From: Lingula anatina
Taxonomy: Eukaryota; Animalia; Brachiopoda
DNA: 64,000 nt
Direction: 5' to 3'
Assembly: GCA_051362555.1 (NCBI GenBank)
Contig: CM120642.1
Location: forward strand, 19,406,001 to 19,470,000
A program made the position numbers and the translations under genes. The stretch's first letter is position 1. Each line of letters opens with the position of its first letter. The notes under the pieces are model-generated. The model did not search any database. It had not been told where the DNA came from and worked only from the letters and a program-made list of their open reading frames with translations. Of this stretch, positions 13,598 through 23,963 are shown one piece after another.

Positions 13598-14221
13598 CTA
13601 TATAGCTAGTGAGACCAAAACAAAAAACATCAGTGAAGACATCAACAGTCCACATACTCCCACAGACAAAAGATGCCCACTGCTGGATGGTGTACGGTCG
13701 GTTACTCCAGGGAACAACAATCCTGTTGGTGTCTTTCGATTAGACTCGCGGTCAGTGCGCGCTGGACAAGGCTGGATCTTTACGCGATCGCGTACCTCTA
13801 CCAAAAAATCTACACCTCTATAACTGTAAGTCGGCATTCTCTCGGCAAACTTATCTTGCAATACTGACAAAAAAGACAAGCCATCTCTGTACGTTTTTAC
13901 TGTTGCCAATAACAACAATCTAAATTCTCCTGTAACATAGTCTCTCGATTCAGACTGATCACGGTTCGAGATGTTCACTGCGCGACATATGTGATGTGTC
14001 CATCCCCTTACCTCCCAGACGTCCCGAAATTCATTGTCCAAGTGTATCTTTCCAGATGAGAGACGTTTGCTTAAATCGTCGCAGGCGCTAATGGTCTCAT
14101 TCATGTAAACTTTTACGTTTTTGGGAGTTTTAAAAAGCAAGGTGAGTGTGTATGCCGTCTTGTACATGTGGGTGAATAGTGACGGGCACAGGTCCGACTC
14201 TTCCTCGCCTGGGCAGCGTTC
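13598..14221 (-). CDS. Paralogue 1, coding exon 3 (last): membrane-proximal domain plus GPI-anchor-like C-terminus
   Basis: Acceptor TTTTCTGTTTTAATCCAG|GAA, phase 0. 624 nt to TAG at 13598. Ends TPSSSGHLLSVGVCGLLMSSLMFFVLVSLAI*. Conserved in paralogue 2. Confidence 0.88.
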   Translation of the reverse strand, partial: ERCPGEEESDLCPSLFTHMYKTAYTLTLLFKTPKNVKVYMNETISACDDLSKRLSSGKIHLDNEFRDVWEVRGWTHHICRAVNISNRDQSESRDYVTGEFRLLLLATVKTYRDGLSFLSVLQDKFAERMPTYSYRGVDFLVEVRDRVKIQPCPARTDRESNRKTPTGLLFPGVTDRTPSSSGHLLSVGVCGLLMSSLMFFVLVSLAI

Positions 14222-14533
14222 CTGGATTAAAACAGAAAACCAATCACATCCTCTACCACCATGATCAGACAATGATAAACAATGTATAAACGCTTTTGGT
14301 ATTTATTAATCGGCTTACAAATTAAAGATTTCCTTAATTTTTTTCAACAATATCAGAGAAACCATACAAAGTGTTTGCATGTTTTCACAGTTTCAGACGG
14401 TGCTATTTTGTATCAGTCAAACTTATTGGTTAATGTCAACGACGTTAATGCAACCTGAGAAAACATATCTTTCTGTTCTCTGTTTGAGAGATCGAGTAAT
14501 TTCCCATGTGTCACAACTCGAATGAAAGTTTCA

Positions 14534-14572
<39 letters not shown>

Positions 14573-14802
14573 AGTCTCGCGACCGGCCCAATATTTTTCC
14601 CATTCTTGCTGTTTTTATATGATCTTAATGATGATGAAATCGCCTTCCTTGTTTGGCAAAAAACTCTGTGAAATTTAGTTGTTATGGAAAAGCAAAAAAA
14701 AAATCTGTTTTCCGATTTACGGATATTTGCTGTTTGTTAAACAATTTCACAAATTTGTCCTGTCTAATCAAGTAGTCTGTACTAACAATAGCCTCTCCTT
14801 AC

Positions 14803-14909
14803 CATAATAGTATGAACCTTGTTTGCCGTACAGGAATCTGGTATTGCGGGTGCAAGTATATCCACTAAGGCACGAAATCCAAAGGGGCTGAAATCTCTAA
14901 CCCAATCCT
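14803..14909 (-). CDS. Paralogue 1, coding exon 2
   Basis: Acceptor ATTCCAG|AG completes the phase-1 codon G|AG. Donor ATG|GTAAGG, phase 0. 107 nt encoding EDWVRDFSPFGFRALVDILAPAIPDSCTANKVHTIM. Same length in paralogue 2. Confidence 0.85.
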
Positions 14910-15001
14910 CTGGAATAGCACACATAAATGCCAATGTCAATTTTCGGGTAATCGTTTTCATCAAACGAAAATTAAGGTATACGTACATTACATGACATTA
15001 A

Positions 15002-16112
15002 CCCCATAGAGCCCGTCACCGCATATGTGCGGTTCAATTATCGCTTACCCCAAACGCCCAGAACCGCATATGTGCGTATCTCGGAAAGATCGTCTTCTGT
15101 ACTCTTTTGTATCGTGAGTCATGAAATGATATATAGTTTAACATCCGGGTATGTTTCTTGTCTCTCATTGCCACCATTTTTAAAGGCGATAGAAATATAT
15201 ATGAGCGAGAAAACGGCGATTTTCAAGACTTAGTTGGAGAAAGTAAAATCAAGATGGCGGCTCCTCGCTACGGTAGGGACCTGCGAAGGGATACTGTTAT
15301 TGAAATGATTGAAAATCCGGACTTTGAAGAGAAGTTTTCGTGTGACAGTAACATAGATAGTGGCGTTGATATTCATTTATTTATGATATAAAGGACGATA
15401 GAAATATATATGAGCGAGAAATCGGCGATTTTCTAGACCTAGCTGGTGAAAGTAAAATCAAAATGGCGACTTCTCACTACGGAAGGGGCCTGCGAATGAA
15501 TACTGTTATTGAAATGATTGAAAACTACGACACTGATAAGGTGTTTTCGAGTGACAGTGATATAGACAGTGGGGATGATATTCCTTTATTCATGATATAA
15601 GTTTTAAATATGTTTTTGTCATAGATGGTGTAAAAATTTGACTTCTATTCAGCTCTGGCCACGATGTTCAGGTGAGCTGAGAAGCTGGTATACCTGATAG
15701 CAAAACGATCATAACTTGAAAATTGATAGAGATAAATTGCTGAAATTTCCTGGATTGAAAGTTACTATAATTGACATCATCCCTGTGAATTTTCAGGCAA
15801 ATATATGTAGAAATAAAAAATTGATGTGCATAAGATAAATCAACTTTGTTTTATTTTACCCATTACCAAATGAAAATGTAGTTTTTAACCGGCTATAACT
15901 TTTGATACTGCATGTTAAATTTAAATGTAATTCTATTTTCATTTAGCCTGAAATATTGGCTTTTTAAAAATGTATACCTTGTATGGGTAATAAAGGCAAA
16001 CAAATAAATTATGACCAATTTACTGAGGTGACCCGGCTTTTCAAGGCTAGCTCACAGAATTAATTGGGCACAGCAGAGCTTTATGGGTCAGCATTAACTG
16101 GATCCTATGGGG
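15002..16112 (+). mobile_element. piggyBac-like non-autonomous element in an intron of paralogue 1
   Basis: TTAA|CCCCATAGAGC left end. CTATGGGG right end, with a second partial end at ~16078. Internal 209-bp direct repeat (15188/15397). Absent from unit 2 (~43262). Confidence 0.65.
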
Positions 16113-16604
16113 TTTCATTTCCAGTATATCTTAACTGTTAGAAGGAGATGAAAAATATTTGCGAGTAAAACTCAGGCAGAGTGCTGTGCTCCGGTAAACC
16201 ATGTCATCTTAAAAATAATATTCAAAGCCCCACTGTATACAGTGAGGGCTTTTATATGATTTTATTTTAAATAATAATATTATTATTACTGTTATTATTA
16301 TTTACAGGCTCTTGGCGTGATCCAACCATAAGGTCCATTGCATGTTGTTATTTTAACGTAGATAATCGCCATTTTGTCAACATAAGAAAAGCTTAGAAAA
16401 ATGAGCGTTCGTGTATGCGTAAAGGTAAATTAATGTCATATGGTTAACTTAATTGTAGCCAAACAATGATATCGATATTCGCGTACGGCCGACAAATACA
16501 GTGCAGCAATCGACCCCCCCCCCCCCCAACCTCGGAGAACTGCTCTTAGGGCCAATGTAAACGCAATAACGACATACATTAATTAAAGAAAGAAGAGCCG
16601 CTTA

Positions 16605-16932
16605 TTACCTGCGCCAAGGAGGTTGTTTTCACCCCTTTTTGTTTGTCTGTCTTTCTGTCTGTCTGTCATCAACATAACTCAAAAAGTTATAGACCGATTT
16701 TACTTTCTTCAGCTAAGTCTAGGAAATAGCCGATTTTAATGAAATTTTCAGGAACTGCCAGAAGTGGGCCATGGGACAGATGATTAGTTTTTGGTGGTGA
16801 TCCGAATCAATAATCAATCAATTATCAATCAATAACCAATAATCAAAAATAAAAAAAATTAGGGGTGAAACGGCATTGGGTGGAGACTTTGCTGCCTTGG
16901 TGGAGGTCTGCGCACTCGGAGTGCTTTTCTAG
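16605..16932 (+). mobile_element. Helentron/Helitron2-type non-autonomous element (HINE/DINE-like)
   Basis: Subterminal inverted repeats ACCTGCGCCAAGG / CCTTGGTGGAGGT, a (GTCT)n tract, a 3' hairpin GCACTCGGAGTGC and a CTAG end. Empty site at ~44832. Confidence 0.8.
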
Positions 16933-16951
16933 TATTCGAGAATCTAATTAC

Positions 16952-18035
16952 CTTTATCCTGGGTGATCTCCTCTGGGCACTGAAAAATTGTTGGTTTCTT
17001 CGTATATTGGCAAATCCAACAGAAGTGATTTTTGTAATAATGTATCGGAGTAAACCGACTACCATACACCACCTCTTGCGTGATAGGCAAACTGTGACCC
17101 CTTTCGCAAAGGTTCCGATAAGGGTTTCCCTCCTGACAATGTCTTCCGCTTTGAAGCCATGTATACCCTCTAACATGAGTGCCATCTTTGATGCACGGCC
17201 TACCGACGATGTCTTTCGGTTTTTGAAAATACAGCTGGCAATCGTGCGAGTCATGGACGAGATGAAAAACGTGAGATGTGTTTCTGCTGTCTGCAAAGAT
17301 GTCACTAGAACTATAAGGGCAAATGACGAACGCTGGCCATGTTCTGTATGACGTCACACCATGGCATAAAGCACAGAATGTGTTCCTAAAGGTAAGTCCG
17401 GAAACGGAATCTGAAACCGGTAGAACAGCCATTCCGTCTTCGTCTGTGCCATTCGGTCTTTCACAGGCCGAGCGAATTCCCACATCCGACCAACCATTTG
17501 GACATGCCGAAACCATCGAGAAATGCCTGCGTTTTTGTCCCCAAGGACTAATCGCGTCTTTTGTCACCTGCGATGTACAGGTGACGTCATCAGGGCCTAA
17601 TGTTATTGTATTCGCTGACGTTGATGAAAATTTGGAATCCGACTCATCTGTATGGTTGCAGGTAATGTTAACGGCGAAACAACAGTCACCAAATATGTTG
17701 CAATACTCATCACAGTAACATGCTATATTAACAACAGACTTTAGACTGTTCCCATCGTAGATACAAAACTTTTCACCTGCAGTCACCTGACTCCAATAAT
17801 TCGGTGCCGTGGCAGTCACATTTTCGAGAGGAACGGTGCTAGTTTCAGGTCTTTGGTTGGAGACCGTGGAAATATCGCTCAAATTGGCTTCACGTGTCAA
17901 AATAACTCTGGTAGTTGCCGGCGGTCCTGGGTCACTGCACGAACTGTCGAAACACCTACTGCCTTCTCGCTGACAAGTCACAGAGGCCAGGAAAAGTGAG
18001 TGCAACACTATTGCTATTGCGCCCCTCTGTAGCAT
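16952..18035 (-). CDS. Paralogue 1, coding exon 1: signal peptide, Thr-rich stalk, somatomedin-B-like motif and two Cys-rich modules (spliced product 604 aa)
   Basis: ATG at 18035 (MLQRGAIAIVLHSLFLASVTC). Motifs CYCDEYCNIFGDCC, CP..CE..LPV....GLTFRNTFCALC and YYKNHFCWIC. Donor AAAG|GTAATT, phase 1. 1084+107+624 = 1815 nt, in frame. Probable 5'-UTR acceptor AAAG at 18060, conserved in both copies. Confidence 0.9.
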
Positions 18036-18297
18036 TGCGTACTTGATTATAGCGCTGACCTTTACTGAGAAAAGACAATACACTGCAATATGAAATACAT
18101 TAGTAAAAATACACATAATAAGTACTCCTTAAAGTTACGTCTATTAATAAATTTCACGCCTGAGTTTATTCATTCATTTCATTATTCATAGTGTGTTAGC
18201 TGTCACTATAAATGAGTATTTTAGAATGTATATCTTAAAATTGAGATAGAACAATTCACTAGTTTACGTTAAACACTAAACATCTAAAACAAATATC

Positions 18298-18545
18298 ATT
18301 ACCTCCGACAAGGAGGTTATGTTTTCATCCCTGTTTGTTTGTTTGTTTGTTTATTTGTTTATTTGTTTGTTTGTTTGTCTGTCTGTCATCAACATAACTC
18401 AAAAGTTATGGACCAATTTTGATGAAATTTTCAGGAACTGTCAGAAGTGGACCAAGGAACAGATGATTAGTTTTTGGTGATGAACTGGATCAATAATCAA
18501 CTAATAATCAACAATTTGTTTTTTGTTTGTTTGTTGGTATGTTTG
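18298..18545 (+). mobile_element. Truncated copy of the Helentron-type element
   Basis: Starts ATTACCTCCGACAAGGAGGTTATG and matches 16605-16830. The 3' hairpin is missing. Confidence 0.75.
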
Positions 18546-19354
18546 TCTGGCAGGTAACACGTGTGTAACCTTCGACATGTTTAGAAAATCCATGGGCATT
18601 GATAACTTTCAATTACGTATATGCCACATACATTGCCCATAGAATAACTTTTGATTAAATAATTATTTTTCCACACTTTTGTTAATACATATCTTATATG
18701 GACCGAGTTTGTGTCATTGGATATTTGGATAAAATCCAAGATAATCGCCATTCGACAGAGGAATACGTAGGTTTCGGCTACTGCCAAAAGATAGTGTCAG
18801 TAAAAAAATGACGTAAAGGTTAGTATATTTTGCCATGTTTTTCATACCCATATTATCCATATTATTTATATCTGATGTGTAACAAGTGTGTATCCTTGAG
18901 TTTTATGCGAAAAAGAAAGATCGCTCTAATAAGCGATAGGAATACTTGTAAATCAGATTTCAGCTGCTACCAGAGGAACATAGAATCGGGTGAAGAATGT
19001 GTTCCTCACTGTTATTCACAAACTAATTAATTCTTAAATGAAAATTATCAAACACAAGCCGAAATATTTTCATACCGCGGAGAAGGCCTTCATCAGACTG
19101 ATGTGAATAGACAATTACTGACCATTACTGACAATTACTGACCGCTAGGTGATATAGCGGCCAGGACCTTCTTATAAATGTCAGGTTACTCGACCCCTGT
19201 CCCTATTCATGGGTTGCTGGTGACGGCTGATGTTGATGTTTATAAGAACTCAAATAATAAAGTCAACTTTAGAAATTTCACCGTGACTTGGAGACGCACT
19301 ATCCTGATATTGTAGATGCATGATCATGACAGATTCCTCGGACACCGCACTATA

Positions 19355-21322
19355 CACTGTAAAAACAGTGCTTAGCATTTAAATACATACAACATACGTT
19401 AAGCACCTATACGCTTTAAGAAATATGTGTAAAAGCTAAGCACGTATAGCTTTTCAAGCATTTCACAGAAGAAAATGCTAGACACGTTGGCTATGTGCTT
19501 AGCTTCACCGGTATATGGATCTATAATAAGTCTATCACAAGCTAAGCACATTGGCGCGTGAGGCTGCTAAACACATGGAGCTGCTATAGGTGTTGAATTC
19601 CTAAACGCGTGGAGCTGCTGAACAATACCCTCTACCAAGACCGCAGTTCTTGGGGGCATTTTTTGCTGAGGCGACATCAGATCAAATTGACTATCTATTT
19701 ATCTAGAGACATATCTGTGAATATCTGTCGCCCTGGTAGAGGGTAGCTGAACAACAAGTTTAGCTTTTCAAGCTTCTTTCAGAAGAAATAAAAATGTTTA
19801 ACATTCTTAGAAGTGTCGCACTTTTAGCTATGTGATTAGTTTCACCGGTCCCATAAGTTTATTACAAGGCTCAACAATTTGGCTTAACACTTCCCCTTGT
19901 AAACGAGTGGAGCTGTTGAAGGCGTGGAGCAGTCTGCTCGAACGCTTTGTGTCCTTCCTTGCAGTAACGCGTGCTTATTTAAAATAGGCCTATTAAAGAT
20001 GCATACAAAGTCAATATTTTGCTCAAAAACCAACCAAATACCAGTATATAGTTTCAAAAAGTATAATTAAGAAAATTGCCAGAAGGCATTGATTAATATT
20101 ACCCGAAAAATGAAATTTGAATGGATTTTTCTGTTAGCTTACTATCCTGTATATACATGGGACAGAAAAGTAGGTCACATAAGTAGGTTAAATTTCTGAC
20201 CAAAAATTTAAAGAGCAGTCTTATCTCTTTTATTGATGATCGAGTGATTTATTCAGTTTATCCCTTTATTTGAGTCGTATAAGAATCTAGTAGAAGTGGT
20301 TTATATGTGTTACTGGCAACCCACGCTCCACCGATGCTCGGTTCATATGTACCTTTAAGTAATAATCCAAATAACAAATAACGTTTTCACGACGTTATCA
20401 GATGGTTACATGCTGGTTATGGTATAGAAGAACATTATGGGAACGTTATGGGTGTTTTAATGATGTACAGTAACGTTATAATTTGTAAAAAGATTCGAAG
20501 ACCGTTTCTACAAAATTTTATGATACATGTAACGTCATTTTGTGGAGTTTTATCAGCGTGTTTATAACATTCTGTAAAAACATTATATAATGTTTTGAAA
20601 ATATTTTTTATATAAATAAGCAAAACACGTATTATGCTGTTTGAACTACAGTTACCGGTTAATTCCAAAATGGGCTTGGGGTTAGTTGGCGATTAGAGAG
20701 GTGCGAATTGTAGAATATTCGGACTATCGGTACCGAAATAACCAGCATGTGATGAAAGCTTAAATAAAGTATTATAATGAATACCCAACCATCATCCTGA
20801 TGTTCTATTGTTCATTACTTCCTGAAAAAATAAATAGATATCAATACCGTAACGCATTTTATCAAAATATGGAGAAAGGTGTTTTAAAGTAAAAATGATA
20901 GTTGTTTCGTGCCTTTAGTGAACTAGTGAATTTTCCTATCCTGCTTTTCAGAAATACATTCCAATAAACTTCCTCGCAAGGTCAGCTAACACAAGGATGA
21001 ATAAGTTCAGCTGTAAAGATGATAGTGGGAAGTCAACGATGTTGACAGTTCACGGTACCCTGTTATAGAAAGAGATAACTATAGCAGTTAAAGGTGACCG
21101 TGAGTTCGTCTGTGTCTGTGCGTGCGTGCGTGAGCGCACGTGTGCGACCAAAATAGTTGAAACCCAAAAGTTAAACAAATACACCCTACATTTATAAGCC
21201 GTCAAACGCGCCATACTGCTAAACACAAGCGTGTAACATGTAAGGAGCTAAACGCGTCGAAAAAGTGACACAAAACAGGCGCTTAGAAATGTGTTTAGGA
21301 GCTAAACACTGTTTTTACAGTG
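19355..21322. mobile_element. Non-autonomous TIR element with CACT termini (CMC/EnSpm-like)
   Basis: TA|CACTGTAAAAACAGTGCTTAGC ... GCTAAACACTGTTTTTACAGTG|TA, with subterminal GCTAAACAC/GCTAAGCAC words. Confidence 0.75.
19626..19745. mobile_element. 120-bp MITE with 9-bp TSD (AcademH- or MuDR-like)
   Basis: TACCCTCTACCA...TGGTAGAGGGTA, flanked by GCTGAACAA on both sides. Confidence 0.85.
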
Positions 21323-21877
21323 TATGATAACTATTAATGCACGCACAATTTTCATCATATACTTGTGTTTATACATGTATATAGGGGTACATGGTATGCC
21401 CAAAAGTAAGATATACAGCTGCACGGCTTGATTGGTGTAGTTAAAACAGGGGAAATCATTACAATTACCTTTGTACCCAGCTCTCATTTACATTGAGTTT
21501 CATTAAATATGCAATGCATACATAAAACTTAATTTACCTCATCTGTTAGAAACTGTTTGGTCGTTTCCAATTCAACACTTTCAAATATTAAAAATATCGG
21601 CGACTACAAACTTAATTTTTGTCCTGAGTTTCCCATCATTAACACTTCCCCCACTCTGCTTAACGCTATATAAAATACGAAATAAGTATTTTGGGAGTTT
21701 TTTATTTAACTTACGGTTAGATTACGGTGTTGCAAAAGATCTCGCACCTAGCATCCAGATCAAAGATGCTGAAGCACAAATGCTAACTTCACATTTCGTG
21801 AGCGCATAGCCCTGGCTGACATACAAGCAAACTCAGCTGTACCTAAGTATTTTGTTACTGCTCATATTATGTTAGTG

Positions 21878-21928
<51 letters not shown>

Positions 21929-22519
21929 TCTTAAATCCATAATAAAAGCGTTATGTAGACTTCAGAAGATACATGCGATAATTAAGTATGTAAGTAAATT
22001 GTTAACATTTTATTTATATGAGCTTAACATACTACAGACTTGACATTTTATATGAAATATATCGGTTTCAAAGGTATTTTTCCCAATCTATTACTAGATA
22101 TGCAAATGGAGAAGTGTGTCGTCAGGTGTGTCGCTATGAATTAACTTACTACCATGTCTGTTGCACTGCTGCGTTGTGTAATATGCAGTAATTTAATTGG
22201 GTAATGCTCATTTGGGCATTCAAAGAAGTATCCATATGTCCGCAACTACTGCATAGAAGAATTTTAAATTTTGCACGTGAGTGGTCGGTTTTGCAGTGCG
22301 TAAAATGAGCTAAGTAGAGTTTTACAAAATCAGTTTGTGGCGCGAGAAAGACAGACATTGCCAGGCAGATTATTGTGCCAAACGGGCCGGTCCGCACAGT
22401 TTTAAAGAGTTATCCCCAGACTCCTGTACCAAGACAGAGATTACACCCAATGTATCGAAATCTTAATACCAGGGTACAGGACTCACTGTCCTTTCAGATA
22501 TGCTGCTGCAACTAAACAC

Positions 22520-23317
22520 TACCCTAAGTGCCAGAGCAACGTAAAAATTTAGCTTGTAAATATTAAATATACCTTGGAGTCATTTTTACTAGCTCTGAGG
22601 TACAGCGGCCATGTAAGGCTTCCGTCAATCAAATAGAATTGCTCCGCAGTGAATCTGCAGTTGAATGTCACCAGACCAAAATGAAACGTAAAACAAATTT
22701 AATTCTGCTTTATTTAATTTTATTTGCTGTATTTAAGATGTAAAGTGAAAAAATAAATAATATTCTTCGAAAAGAAAAGATATATCCAATGTTTTTGTAT
22801 TTTTTGCTTATCAAAGAACATTTAGTCCTGAGATATACACGTGCACAATACACGTGCTTGCCGTGTGCCAAATTTGACAGCTACACTGTATGCCCGATAC
22901 CACTATAAGGGCTGCGCAATGGCTACACCAAAAACAGTTTTTACAGCAGAATGTTGCTTGTATTGTGGCACTGACCTTCGACTGCAAAATATTTTCAATT
23001 CAAACTTCTAATTCCGGGTCAGGCACTATAATTGCTTCTTGTCTCGTCTGCACGAGATAACTTCAGTGCAAGGCGGGAAAGGCAGCTCCAGGCGGCCAAA
23101 CCTGTGACGTACGAGACTTATGACTTCCAAATATGGATCCAGGCGGACATAACTGTGACGTGTGACTTCCAAATATGGAAGCGCCCCAGGCAGAATTTTG
23201 AAGAAGAACGTCCCCGAGTTGCCGCTGTTCGCTAGAGCCTGGTATTGCCGGGTATTATATGGGTTATATATGAAATCAAGATCGAGCTGGCAATACCGGA
23301 ATCTAGAACCTAGGGTA
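22520..23317. mobile_element. MITE with TACCCTA termini and 8(-9)-bp TSD
   Basis: TACCCTAAGTGCCAGA ... TCTAGAACCTAGGGTA. CTAAACAC is duplicated at 22512 and 23318. Confidence 0.8.
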
Positions 23318-23963
23318 CTAAACACAAACCATCCATACCGTTCAGTACGAGGGAGAAATTGCCACTAGAACGCGTTTTTCAAGGACCTTTTCGAACACCA
23401 GACTGGTTTTAGCAGACGACCTCTAGGGAAACCACTGTTAACAGCAAAACTTCGTCTTCTGTTTCTGTAATGAATTGGAGACCATAACCGTTTCTGGGTA
23501 GAACACTAAAACCCCGTGGCTTTCTTTATTGAGGTCAGATTACACATATACCGCTCAGTCTGAGAACCACTTGACTATCATTTAATAGGGGGCACCAACA
23601 ATTTTAGGTTGCACGATAAGATTGCCGGTTCACACCGAGTAATTTTAATAGCAGATAACTTCCTGAACCAAGGGAATAAGCAGCTACCTTAGTCAAGTCA
23701 TAAAAATCGTTATATTTGAAGAGCATTGGCAATATGTGGGTAGTTATTACTCGCCGAATCAACGGCCTTCATGTACTACAATAACACTGGACCAAATTGG
23801 ACACGTTTTGAAAGATGTCTGGTATGTTATTCCAGATGAAACTCTAACAATCTATCCCAAAGAATGCCTTGACGCTTTAGAGCCCTGGTAGCAGCAAGAT
23901 GAGGTCCGGCGTAACAACGACCAATGCTGTGACTAGACACTGACATCAGGGTCCTTTGTGGGG

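Noticed and set aside
17007-17718. Plus-strand ORFs overlapping exon 1 (also 44976-46023)
   Set aside because: Antisense shadows of the real coding exon, with no recognisable motifs.
18036-18116. Upstream ATGs extending exon 1 (also 45936-46106)
   Set aside because: The extensions differ in length between paralogues, contain a conserved acceptor, and would bury the signal peptide.
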